Both the position numbers and the translations under genes were made by a program. A DNA stretch of 64,000 nucleotides from Cenarchaeum sp. (GTDB lineage Archaea; Thermoproteota; Nitrososphaeria; Nitrososphaerales; Nitrosopumilaceae). The stretch lies in NCBI GenBank assembly GCA_965242695.1, contig CBDESU010000001.1:2112001-2176000 (forward strand), written 5' to 3'. Below are positions 30,929 to 39,896 of this stretch, in pieces; position 1 is the first letter of the stretch; the number at the start of each line of letters is the position of its first letter. Under the pieces are notes generated by a model. It saw only the letters and a program-made list of their open reading frames with translations, made no database searches and was not told where the DNA came from.

Positions 30929-31009
30929 GGCCGTGGGCGGCGCGTGCACGCTATACATGTTGCGTGCGGGAAGAGCTCGCAGCCCGCGCCCGCTGCCGGG
31001 CGGGGGTGC

Positions 31010-31285
31010 ACGGAGGGCCGAGGGGGCCGGACGGCATGGGAAGGGGGGCGCAGGCGGGCCTCGGAGGGGGCCGGACGGCATGGGAAGGGGGGCGCAGGCG
31101 GGCCTCGGAGGGGGCCGGAGGGGGCCGGACGGCATGGGAAGGGGGGCGCAGGCGGGCCTCGGAGGGGGGCGCAGGCGGCCGGCCACGATGCCCTGTTCGG
31201 CGGCCAGCAAACGGGGGGCGCAGGCGGGCCTCGGAGGGGGGCGCAGGCGGGCCTCGGAGGGGGGCGGAGGGGGCCGGAGGGGGCG
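31010..31285. repeat. G-rich intergenic tandem repeats (ggggggcgcaggcgggcctcggagg units)
   Basis: About 5 copies visible between divergent genes. Confidence 0.8.
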
Positions 31286-31399
31286 GCAGAGGGCCTGGCG
31301 GGGCGACGCATCCCGTTGCCGCCTAGCGGGGCGGCGTCCACGGCCCGACCCGGCGCCGGCGCCGCCACAGTACATATAGCCGCGGCCCGCCGCCTGCCC

Positions 31400-31711
31400 G
31401 TGGGAAAGCGCAAGGTGCTCAACGAGAGCGCGCTCAAGCACATACGGCTGCCCGAGCAGGGCGAGATGCTCGGCCGAGTCATAAAGCTGCTCGGCAGCGA
31501 CCAGGTCCTCGTAAAGTGCACCGACGGGATCACCCGACGCGGGCGCATCCGCGGCAAGCTCAAGCGGCGCATCTGGATACGCGACAACGACATTGTCGTG
31601 ATCGCCCCGTGGGACTTCAAGGAGGCCGAGAGGGGCGACATTGTATGGAGGTTCACCCTCCCGCAGGTGGACTGGCTAAAGGACAACGACCACCTTGCCC
31701 GCGACTTTTGA
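31400..31711 (+). CDS. eif1a: Translation initiation factor aIF-1A
   Basis: LLGSDQVLVKCTDG...RIRGKLKRRIWIR..DIVVIAPWDF motifs. Confidence 0.95.
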   Translation: MGKRKVLNESALKHIRLPEQGEMLGRVIKLLGSDQVLVKCTDGITRRGRIRGKLKRRIWIRDNDIVVIAPWDFKEAERGDIVWRFTLPQVDWLKDNDHLARDF

Positions 31712-32828
31712 CCCTGTGGAAGAGGCGGCCCGCGAGCCGGCCGGCGAACGGGGAGGCCTGCACGGAGTGACGTTCGGGGCGGCGGGCGGCGGGCTCGACT
31801 CGCCGCAGGAAGGCGGGCCGGAGGCAGGCCCGGCGCCAAGGCTTGATCTAGACAGTGCCGCCGCAGCCAAGGCGGGCAGGGGCGCTCCGCAGGAAGCTGC
31901 GGCGGCGGGGGAGGGCGGCGAGTCCGCAGGGAGCGAGGCAGGCAGCGAGGGAGACAGGTACGCAGAGTACGAGTACGAGGAGGAAGAGGAAGAGGAGGAA
32001 GAGTACGAAGAGGCGGCCGGCTCGCCGCGCATGGGCAGGCGGCTAGAGGCCAGGCTCGACTCGATACTGGCAGCCTCGCGCGGGCCGGAGAGGGGCGCCC
32101 GCAGGGGGCGCGTCGACGACGGCTTTGACGGCGACAAGACCGTGGGCGAGGTGCTCGACCGCCCCGCCATCCTCACGCTGTACGGCATGATAAAATCGGG
32201 CGTCATATCGCATGTCAACGGGCCCGTCAGCGCAGGCAAGGAATCGGTCGTATTCTGGGCATCCGGCCCAGGCGGGGAGGATGTCGCGCTAAAGGTGTAC
32301 CTGGTGTCGACGTCGAGCTTCAAGCGCCGCTCGGCCTACATACTCGGCGATCCGCGGTTCGGGCGAATCCGGCGTGGCACGCGCAGCCTGGTAAGGCTGT
32401 GGGCGCAAAAGGAGTTTGCAAACTTGACCGCGTGCATGCGCTGCGGCATACCCGTCCCCGAGCCCATACGCGTGGCGGGCACCGTCCTGGCCATGGGATT
32501 CGTCGGGTCCGGCGGCAGGCCGCACGGAACGCTCCTGACGTCGAGGGACGTGTGCGATGCCGACTACCGCGGCACGATCGCCCTCATCGGCCGCCTGTAC
32601 GCAGAGGCGCGGCTCGTCCACGCCGACCTGTCGGCGTACAACGTGTTCAAGGCGCCCGGCGGGCGCCTCGTCCTGTTCGACCTCGGCTCGGCCGTCGATG
32701 CGAGGCACCCGCGCGCCGCCGAGTTTCTGGAGAGGGACGTCCGCAACGTCTCGAGGTTCTTTGCAAGGCGCGGCCTGTCCGTCGACAACCCCGCCGACGT
32801 GCTCGAGGAGGTGACGGCGGGGCGATGA
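31695..32828 (+). CDS. RIO1-type Ser/Thr kinase (start uncertain; acidic N-terminal extension)
   Basis: SAGKESVVF, ALKVY, YILGDPRF, WAQKEF, HADLSAYN and FDLGSAV motifs. Confidence 0.92.
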   Translation: MPATFDPVEEAAREPAGERGGLHGVTFGAAGGGLDSPQEGGPEAGPAPRLDLDSAAAAKAGRGAPQEAAAAGEGGESAGSEAGSEGDRYAEYEYEEEEEEEEEYEEAAGSPRMGRRLEARLDSILAASRGPERGARRGRVDDGFDGDKTVGEVLDRPAILTLYGMIKSGVISHVNGPVSAGKESVVFWASGPGGEDVALKVYLVSTSSFKRRSAYILGDPRFGRIRRGTRSLVRLWAQKEFANLTACMRCGIPVPEPIRVAGTVLAMGFVGSGGRPHGTLLTSRDVCDADYRGTIALIGRLYAEARLVHADLSAYNVFKAPGGRLVLFDLGSAVDARHPRAAEFLERDVRNVSRFFARRGLSVDNPADVLEEVTAGR

Positions 32829-33415
32829 TCTTTGAGAAGACCGTGCGGATACCGGCCTCGCGCGTGGCCGTGCTGATCGGCCGGCGCGGCCGCACAAAGG
32901 CGGCCATCGAGAGGCGCTGCGCCGTGTCCGTCGACGTGGACAGCTCCGACGGCACCGTCACGGTCAGGTCCGAGGGGGCGGTTCCGCCCGGCGAGGGCGC
33001 CGAGACCTCGTTCAGGCCGCTCAAGGCAGCCGAGATCGTGGCGGCCATCGGGCGCGGGTTCGCCCCCGACAGGGCCATGTCGCTGCTCGACGAGGAGCGC
33101 TCGCTGCACGTCATGGACCTGCGCGAGTTCGCCGGCAGGTCGCCGTCGCAGATCGGACGGGTTAAAGGGCGCATCATCGGCGAGCGCGGCAGGGCGAGGA
33201 GGAGCATGGAGAGCCTTACGGGAGCGAGCATATCCGTGTACGGGCGGACGGTGGCCGTCATCGGCACGGCGGCGAGCCTGAAGATGGCCGTCGAGGCCAT
33301 CTCGTCGCTGTCGTCGGGCAGCATGCACGGCGCCGTGTACGGGCGGCTAGAGGCGGCAAGGCGCCGGCAAAAGGCCGAGCGCATGGTCCTCTGGGAGGGG
33401 CAGAATGTCCCATAG
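32825..33415 (+). CDS. KH-domain rRNA-processing protein (Dim2/Pno1/Krr1-like)
   Basis: IGRRG and GRIIGERG GxxG loops, AIGRGF, ISVYG; conserved operon position. Confidence 0.9.
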   Translation: MIFEKTVRIPASRVAVLIGRRGRTKAAIERRCAVSVDVDSSDGTVTVRSEGAVPPGEGAETSFRPLKAAEIVAAIGRGFAPDRAMSLLDEERSLHVMDLREFAGRSPSQIGRVKGRIIGERGRARRSMESLTGASISVYGRTVAVIGTAASLKMAVEAISSLSSGSMHGAVYGRLEAARRRQKAERMVLWEGQNVP

Positions 33416-35618
33416 CGACGGGTTCAACCAGATCTCGCCTAGCGAGTTCTTCTACCGCAACAGGGACCTGGCCGGCTTCAGCAACCCGACGCGGTCGATG
33501 TACACGGCCGTCAGGGAGTTCGTCGAGAACGGCCTGGACGCGTGCGACCAGAGCGGCATACTGCCTGACATACACCTCACGATCAAGGCAGTCGACGCCG
33601 AGCGGCGCGACCCCAAGCCGTACGTGCTGACTGTGCGCGACAACGGCCCCGGCATGGACGCCGAGCACATACCCCTTGCGTTCGGCACGGTCCTGTACGG
33701 GTCAAAGTTCGGCCTCAAGCAGGCGCGCGGCATGTTCGGGCTCGGCGCGACCATGGCCATCCTGTACGGGCAGATAACGACGAACAAGCCCGTGTCCGTG
33801 CGCAGCAGCACGGAGGAAAAGGCCGACGGCGACGAGTACGACCTGCTCCTCGACATCCAAAAGAACAAGCCCGTGATACTCAGGCACAAGAAGGGGCCGG
33901 TCAAGAAGGGCCTCTCGGTGAGCATCCAGCTGCAGGGCGACTACTCGAAGGCCGGCGCAAAGGTGCGCGACTACGTGTACCAGACGTCGCTGATCACGCC
34001 GTACGCGACCATTACATTCGACGACCCAAAGGGCGAGCGGTACAGGTACCAGCGGATAATACGGTCGATGCCGCCGGCGCCGACTGCCATACGGCCGCAC
34101 CCGTTCGGCGTCGACGTCGAGACCATACGGCGCATGATAGCCGAGAACTCGGAGAGCGTGCCGGCAGTCGACGAGGCGCTCGCGGACAGGCTGCGCGAGG
34201 CGCTCGGCATCAAGGGAAAGGATGCGAGCCTAGACTACATCCTCAAGAGGGCCGAGAAGAGGCCAAGGGCGCTCAAGCCGCCGCTGCGCACCGCCGTCTC
34301 GCTCATGGCCCTGCTCGGGATGGACCTCGACAGGATCGGGCGCATACGCGTCGAGGATATAGACGCGGGCGGGGCCGCCATCACGTACCACGACTTTGCA
34401 AGGTCCGAGACGGTAACGGCAAGCGTCGACGCCGACAGCCCCCACTTCAAGCCGATCGCGGCGATCGCCGCCGGCGAGACGCTCGGCTCGTTCCTCACAA
34501 AGCGCTTCCAGCGCGTCGGCCCGATGACGGCCAAAAAGTTCGCAGAGTTTGCAAGGTTCAAGCCGGGCAGGAACGTCGGGCTGCTCACCAACGAGGAGCT
34601 CGTCAAGCTCAGCGATGCGCTGCAGAGGTACGAGGACTTTCTCGCGCCCGACCCGACGTGCCTCGCCCCGCTCGGCGCGAGCCCGCTCGAGAAGGGGATG
34701 CAAAAGTTCTTCGAGCCGGACTTTGCGGCCGTCGTGCAGAGGCCGGCGTCGGCCTATTCGGGGTTCCCGTTCGTCGTCGAGATGGGCATAGCGTACGGCG
34801 GCGGCATACAGACGAGGGGCGTAAAGGTGTACAGGTTTGCCAACCGCATACCTCTGCTCTACGACGAGGGCAGCGACGTCGTCCTAAAGGTCGCCGGCGA
34901 CATAGACTGGAAGAGGTACGCCGTGGGGCCAGACCCGCCCCTCGTCGTCGCCTCGCACATATGCTCGACGCGCATCCCGTACAAGACCGTCGGCAAGGAG
35001 AACGTGGCGGACCGCACCGAGATCGAAAAGGAGCTGCGCCTGGCCATGCAGTTCCTCCTGCGAAAGCTCGCCTCATACATGAAGAAGAGGGGCAGGGCCG
35101 AGGCGGCCCGCAAGAGGGCCGACCTGTACTCAAAGTACGTGCCCCTCATCGCGCAGTTCTGCACCGAGCTCGCCGGCAAGAAGGGCGAGCCGGACTGCAC
35201 GGGGATACTAAAGGCCGCCGGCGAAGAGCTCGGCATCGACGGAGGCGAGGGCGAGGAAGAGGCCGGCGCAAAGGAGGGCGGGAAGGGCGACGGCGGCAAG
35301 AAGGGCGGCAAGGCGGAGCCGGCCGCCGAGGACGGAGGCGGCAAGAAGGGCGGCAAGGCGGAGCCGGCCGCCGAGGACGGAGAAGAGATCAAGGCCAAGG
35401 GGCCGGCCACGGGTGAAGCGGGCGGCAAGGCCAAGGCCAAGGCCAAGAGCAGCGGCGACGGGACGCTCACCGCGTACGTCGAGGAGGGCGGCGATGCCGC
35501 CGAGTCCCCAAGCGGGGCCAAAAAAGCCAAAAAGCCCAAGTCGGTCGTCCGGACCAAGTTGGCGCCGCGCGGCAAGGGCAAGGGCAAGGGCAAGGGCGGG
35601 GGAAGCGGGAGGCGCTAG
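33405..35618 (+). CDS. top6B: DNA topoisomerase VI subunit B
   Basis: EFVENGLDAC, DNGPG, GMFGLG and RFANRIPLLYD motifs. Confidence 0.96.
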   Translation: MSHSDGFNQISPSEFFYRNRDLAGFSNPTRSMYTAVREFVENGLDACDQSGILPDIHLTIKAVDAERRDPKPYVLTVRDNGPGMDAEHIPLAFGTVLYGSKFGLKQARGMFGLGATMAILYGQITTNKPVSVRSSTEEKADGDEYDLLLDIQKNKPVILRHKKGPVKKGLSVSIQLQGDYSKAGAKVRDYVYQTSLITPYATITFDDPKGERYRYQRIIRSMPPAPTAIRPHPFGVDVETIRRMIAENSESVPAVDEALADRLREALGIKGKDASLDYILKRAEKRPRALKPPLRTAVSLMALLGMDLDRIGRIRVEDIDAGGAAITYHDFARSETVTASVDADSPHFKPIAAIAAGETLGSFLTKRFQRVGPMTAKKFAEFARFKPGRNVGLLTNEELVKLSDALQRYEDFLAPDPTCLAPLGASPLEKGMQKFFEPDFAAVVQRPASAYSGFPFVVEMGIAYGGGIQTRGVKVYRFANRIPLLYDEGSDVVLKVAGDIDWKRYAVGPDPPLVVASHICSTRIPYKTVGKENVADRTEIEKELRLAMQFLLRKLASYMKKRGRAEAARKRADLYSKYVPLIAQFCTELAGKKGEPDCTGILKAAGEELGIDGGEGEEEAGAKEGGKGDGGKKGGKAEPAAEDGGGKKGGKAEPAAEDGEEIKAKGPATGEAGGKAKAKAKSSGDGTLTAYVEEGGDAAESPSGAKKAKKPKSVVRTKLAPRGKGKGKGKGGGSGRR

Positions 35619-35621
35619 GGC

Positions 35622-36743
35622 ATGGCCGCGGCAAAGAGGAGAAAGGCAAAGAAGCCGTCCGGCTCAAAGGGCGCCAAGGACAGGCAGGGCGAGCTCCTCT
35701 CGCTGCTAAAGGAGCAGGGCATGAGGGTCTACGGCGACCTGGAGGAGGGCCGCTTTCCAAAGTTCACCATACCGAGCCGCTCGGTGAGCAACATCGTCTA
35801 CGACGAGCGCGTCAGGCAGTACGTCCTCGGCAGGTCGGCGGCGGTGCGCAGCTCGAGCAACACGTCGCAGCTGAGGTCGTTCACGCAGCTCATATGGCTC
35901 GCGTTCTTTGCCAACCGCCTCACGCACGAGAAAAAGTCGTCGACGCTCAGGGACGTGTACTACTCGTCGCAGGCGTTCGCCGTCGACTTCAAGGACCAAT
36001 CCGAGTCGGACAACATCATAGTCGACCTAGAGGCCGTCCTGGCAAAGCCGCGCGAGGACTTTCACGTGTTCCCCGAGGAGCGCAGCAGCATATTCGGCGA
36101 CCTGGACATCGAGTACACCGTGCCCGGGTACGAGGGCAAGAGGATGAACCTGTCGAACCACCCCGACGGGTACGCCATAGGCCCGAGCCTGACGTCTGCC
36201 GAGCTGGTCGAGACTAGCGCCGACATCGTCATCGCCATCGAAAAGGGCGGCCTGTTCACGAGGTTCGTCGAGGAGCAGGTCGACAAGAAGTTCAAGGCCA
36301 TCATAGTCGACACGGGCGGGCAGGCGGCGCGCTCGACGCGCACGCTGCTGCGCCGGCTCCACGACGAGCTGAGCCTGCCCGTCATAATCCTCACCGACGG
36401 CGACGTGTACGGCGAGCACATCGCGATGGTCATAAAGTCCGGCTCGGCCAACGCTGCGCACCTGCGCGAGCTGACGGTCCCCGACGCAAAGTGGGTCGGC
36501 GTGTGGGCCACGGACATCGACAAGTACAAGCTGCCGACCATCCCGATGACCGAGGCAGACATAAAGCGGTGCTACCACCTGCAAAAGGACCCCCGCTACC
36601 AGAAGGGCATATGGAAGAAGGAGCTAGAGGTGTTCCTCAAGATAAAGCGCAAGGCCGAGCTCGAGGCGTTCTCAAAGTACGGCCTGACCAACATCACCGA
36701 CAAGTACCTGCCGCAAAAGCTAGAGGTCGCAAAGAGCATGTAG
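35622..36743 (+). CDS. top6A: DNA topoisomerase VI subunit A
   Basis: TLRDVYY, IEKGG, DGDVYG and KAELEA motifs. Confidence 0.96.
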   Translation: MAAAKRRKAKKPSGSKGAKDRQGELLSLLKEQGMRVYGDLEEGRFPKFTIPSRSVSNIVYDERVRQYVLGRSAAVRSSSNTSQLRSFTQLIWLAFFANRLTHEKKSSTLRDVYYSSQAFAVDFKDQSESDNIIVDLEAVLAKPREDFHVFPEERSSIFGDLDIEYTVPGYEGKRMNLSNHPDGYAIGPSLTSAELVETSADIVIAIEKGGLFTRFVEEQVDKKFKAIIVDTGGQAARSTRTLLRRLHDELSLPVIILTDGDVYGEHIAMVIKSGSANAAHLRELTVPDAKWVGVWATDIDKYKLPTIPMTEADIKRCYHLQKDPRYQKGIWKKELEVFLKIKRKAELEAFSKYGLTNITDKYLPQKLEVAKSM

Positions 36744-36762
36744 GGGGCGGCGGCCTAGCCGC

Positions 36763-37218
36763 TCACTTTATCCGCAGCGTGAGCACGCCGTTGCGGTACT
36801 TGAAGTCGTAGATGTTCATCGACGACGAGCCGTCGATGGGCACCTCCTTTGCGAACCCGCTGCCGCCGCGTATGTACAGCGTCCCGCTGATCAGGCGCAC
36901 CATGATGCGGTCCTCGGGGCCCGGCACCTCGGCGACGAACACGAACTCGTCGTCGCCCTTGATGAGGTCGTACACCCAGTTCTTCGTCTCCTTTTCGCGC
37001 GGTATGTACCTAGGCTTGTGCTCGACGGCGATCTGCTTGAGGCGGCGCGCCCAGTAGATCATCGTGACGGCCGCGGCGCCTATCAGGATAAAGCTGACAA
37101 AGTTCGAGTCGGTGCGCATGGACATGACGTACACCACGCCCAGGAAGAGTATGACGGCGATCGGGATGACAAAGTTGAGCGACTGCTCGTTCGAGTAGGC
37201 CCCCTTGTAGCTTGCCAC
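36763..37218 (-). CDS. Membrane-anchored Hsp20/alpha-crystallin-like protein
   Basis: Two N-terminal TM helices; VAEVPG and YRNGVLTLRI; CTTTATA upstream. Confidence 0.8.
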   Translation of the reverse strand: MASYKGAYSNEQSLNFVIPIAVILFLGVVYVMSMRTDSNFVSFILIGAAAVTMIYWARRLKQIAVEHKPRYIPREKETKNWVYDLIKGDDEFVFVAEVPGPEDRIMVRLISGTLYIRGGSGFAKEVPIDGSSSMNIYDFKYRNGVLTLRIK

Positions 37219-37334
37219 GCAGGGGGGCGCCCGCGTGCCAATATAAAGATGATTGGCGGCCGGCTCGGAGGGGGCCGGGCAAAAGGGGCATGCCGCGGGG
37301 CGGCCCGGAGCCGGAGCGGAAGGCGCGTGCAGGA

Positions 37335-37476
37335 CGGATCGGAGTGCGCGCGGCCCGCACGCGCAGAGGGCCATGCCAGCAGAACGGACGGGCGGATCGG
37401 AGTGCGCGCGGCCCGCACGCGCAGAGGGCCATGCCAGCAGAACGGACGGGCGGATCGGAGTGCGCGCGGCCCGCAC
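37335..37476. repeat. 58-bp intergenic tandem repeat, about 2.5 copies
   Basis: cggatcggagtgcgcgcggcccgcac at 37335, 37393 and 37451. Confidence 0.9.
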
Positions 37477-37616
37477 ACATTGCCAGAGGGCGGCACACGG
37501 CGGCGCATCGCGCTGGGCGCGTGGCCGTCCGATGCTCGCTGGTGCTCGCTCGCTGGGGCGAATGGCCCCGGCGCCCATGCCGACATTTTATAGGCGGCCG
37601 CCCGTCCCGGAGCGCC

Positions 37617-38012
37617 GTGAGCGACACAAAGGGGCGGGATGCGGCAGAGTCGGAGCGCCTTGACACGATGGATCCCGACAGGTGGGAGGCCCTTGTCAAG
37701 GAGGCGTTCGAGGCCGACGGAGTAGCCGAGTACCGCCACGTGTGGGACGAGCTGATGAGGCGGGAGGGCCCCGCTAGGATGGAGGAGGCGCGGCGCAGGA
37801 GGCGCGAGGCAAGGGTCGAGAGGATGTTCAAGGAGATGGACGAGGCGATAGACAGGGAGATGTACGAGGCGATAGACAGGGAGATGTACGAGGGGATGGA
37901 CGAGGGGATACGCAAGGACATGGAGCGCCGGCTGGACGAGTACATCCAGGTCGGCATCCACAGGGACTTTGCCCGCGACTACGCAAGGCACATGGCCGGC
38001 GCGTCGTGCTAG
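37617..38012 (+). CDS. Tandem-array helical protein 1 (N-type SDTK, middle type A)
   Basis: Own TTTTATA box, GTG start, four-copy paralogy. Confidence 0.8.
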   Translation: MSDTKGRDAAESERLDTMDPDRWEALVKEAFEADGVAEYRHVWDELMRREGPARMEEARRRRREARVERMFKEMDEAIDREMYEAIDREMYEGMDEGIRKDMERRLDEYIQVGIHRDFARDYARHMAGASC

Positions 38013-38112
38013 GCGCGCGGCCGTCCGATGCTCGCTGGTGCTCGCTCGCTGGGGCGAATGGCCCCGGCGCCCATGCCGACATTTTATAGGCGGCCGCCCG
38101 TCCCGGAGCGCC

Positions 38113-38520
38113 GTGAGCGACACAAAGGGGCGGGATGCGGCAGAGTCGGAGCGCCTTGACACGATGGATCCCGACAGGTGGGAGGCCCTTGTCAAGGAGG
38201 CGTTCGAGGCGGATGGAGTGGCCGAGTACCGCCACGTGTGGGACGAGCTGATGAGGCGGGAGGGCCCCGCTAGGATGGAGGAGGCGCGGCGCAGGAGGCG
38301 CGAGGCAAGGGTCGAGAGGATGTTCAAGGAGATGGATAAGAGGTTGGGCGAGAGGATAGGCATGGAGATAGACAAGAGGTTGGGCGAGAGGATAGGCATG
38401 GAGATAGACAAGAGGTTGGGCGAGAGGATGGAGCAGCGGCTGGACGAGTACATCCAGGTCGGCATCCACAGGGACTTTGCCCGCGACTACGCAAGGCACA
38501 TGGCCGGCGCGTCGTGCTAG
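38113..38520 (+). CDS. Tandem-array helical protein 2 (N-type SDTK, middle type B)
   Basis: Own TTTTATA box, GTG start, four-copy paralogy. Confidence 0.8.
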   Translation: MSDTKGRDAAESERLDTMDPDRWEALVKEAFEADGVAEYRHVWDELMRREGPARMEEARRRRREARVERMFKEMDKRLGERIGMEIDKRLGERIGMEIDKRLGERMEQRLDEYIQVGIHRDFARDYARHMAGASC

Positions 38521-38621
38521 GCGCGCGGCCGCCCGATGTTTGCCGGCGCGGCGGCCACGGGTGGGCTCGGGCCACGGCGCCCGCGGCGACATTTTATATA
38601 CGAGCGCCCGTCCCAAGCCCC

Positions 38622-39005
38622 GTGAGCGTCACAAAGCAGCAGGAGCCGGCAGAGCCGGAGCGCCTTGACACGATGGATCCCGACAGGTGGGAGGCCCTTG
38701 TCAAGGAGGCGTTCGAGGCGGATGGAGTGGCCGAGTACCGCCACGTGTGGGACGAGCTGATGAGGCGGGAGGGCCCCGCTAGGATGGAGGAGGCGCGGCG
38801 CAGGAGGCGCGAGGCAAGGGTCGAGAGGATGTTCAAGGAGATGGACGAGGCGATAGACAGGGAGATGGACGAGGCGATAGACAGGGAGATGGACGAGAGG
38901 ATACGCAAGGACATGGAGCGCAGGCTGGACGAGTACATCCAAGTCGGCATCCACAGGGACTTTGCCCGCGACTACGCAAGGCACATGGCCGGCGCGTCGT
39001 GCTAG
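38622..39005 (+). CDS. Tandem-array helical protein 3 (N-type SVTK, middle type A)
   Basis: Own TTTTATATA box, GTG start, four-copy paralogy. Confidence 0.8.
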   Translation: MSVTKQQEPAEPERLDTMDPDRWEALVKEAFEADGVAEYRHVWDELMRREGPARMEEARRRRREARVERMFKEMDEAIDREMDEAIDREMDERIRKDMERRLDEYIQVGIHRDFARDYARHMAGASC

Positions 39006-39107
39006 GCGCGTGACCGCCCGATGTTTGCCGGCGCGGCGGCCACGGGTGGGCTCGGGCCACGGCGCCCACAGCAATATTTTATATAGGGCCACCCGCCCCC
39101 AAGATCC

Positions 39108-39479
39108 GTGAGCGTCACAAAGCAGCAGGAGCCGGCAGAGCCGGAGCGCCTTGACACGATGGATCCCGACAGGTGGGAGGCCCTTGTCAAGGAGGCGTTC
39201 GAGGCCGAGGGAGTGGCCGAGTACCGCCACGTGTGGGACGAGCTGATGAGGCGGGAGGGCCCCGCAAGGATGGAGGAGGCGCGGCGCAGGAGGCGCGAGG
39301 CAAGGGTCGAGAGGATGTTCAAGGAGATGGATAAGAGGTTGGGCGAGAGGATAGGCATGGAGATAGACAAGAGGTTGGGCGAGAGGATGGAGCAGCGGCT
39401 GGACGAGTACATCCAGGTCGGCATCCACAGGGACTTTGCCCGCGACTACGCAAGGCACATGGCCGGCGCGTCGTGCTAG
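39108..39479 (+). CDS. Tandem-array helical protein 4 (N-type SVTK, middle type B)
   Basis: Own TTTTATATA box, GTG start, four-copy paralogy. Confidence 0.8.
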   Translation: MSVTKQQEPAEPERLDTMDPDRWEALVKEAFEAEGVAEYRHVWDELMRREGPARMEEARRRRREARVERMFKEMDKRLGERIGMEIDKRLGERMEQRLDEYIQVGIHRDFARDYARHMAGASC

Positions 39480-39896
39480 GCGTACGGCTAGACATGCGCA
39501 TCTTTTTGTAGGTCCGATCTGTATACTGTGGGTACATATGCAGTGCCCTGGCAAACGACGCGGGCGTCTGGGACGGCCAAGGCGCAGTTGACGCTAGAGA
39601 CCTGAAGGCCTACTGTGGCATAGCTTATAGCGACGGACTTTGCTGTGTTCATGTTGCGCTTTCTCTAGGCATACGGGTGACAGCGTTTGTGGGGGGCGCG
39701 TGAGGGCCGCGCGTGCCTCTTGACGATCAAAGTCAACCAGAGCTCGCCCGGACTAACTGAAGCCACCTAGAGCCGCCGCTATAGAATGCTACAATTCGTA
39801 GGCATCCGCGGCCATGCGTTGTCCAGATGCTTTCTACTCGAAGCGCGACATCGGCGAACGACTCGGCCCTGCATCCACTGCCTATGCATTGCGCAT

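Noticed and set aside
34140-34480. Insertion in Top6B as a possible intein
   Set aside because: No Cys/Ser start, His-Asn end or homing-endonuclease motifs; more likely a lineage-specific insertion.
37335-37476. Possible CRISPR array
   Set aside because: The intervening sequences are identical rather than unique spacers, and there are no cas genes; it is a plain 58-bp tandem repeat.
37617-39479. Diversity-generating retroelement target array
   Set aside because: No reverse transcriptase in the window, and the differences are module swaps, not adenine-specific substitutions.
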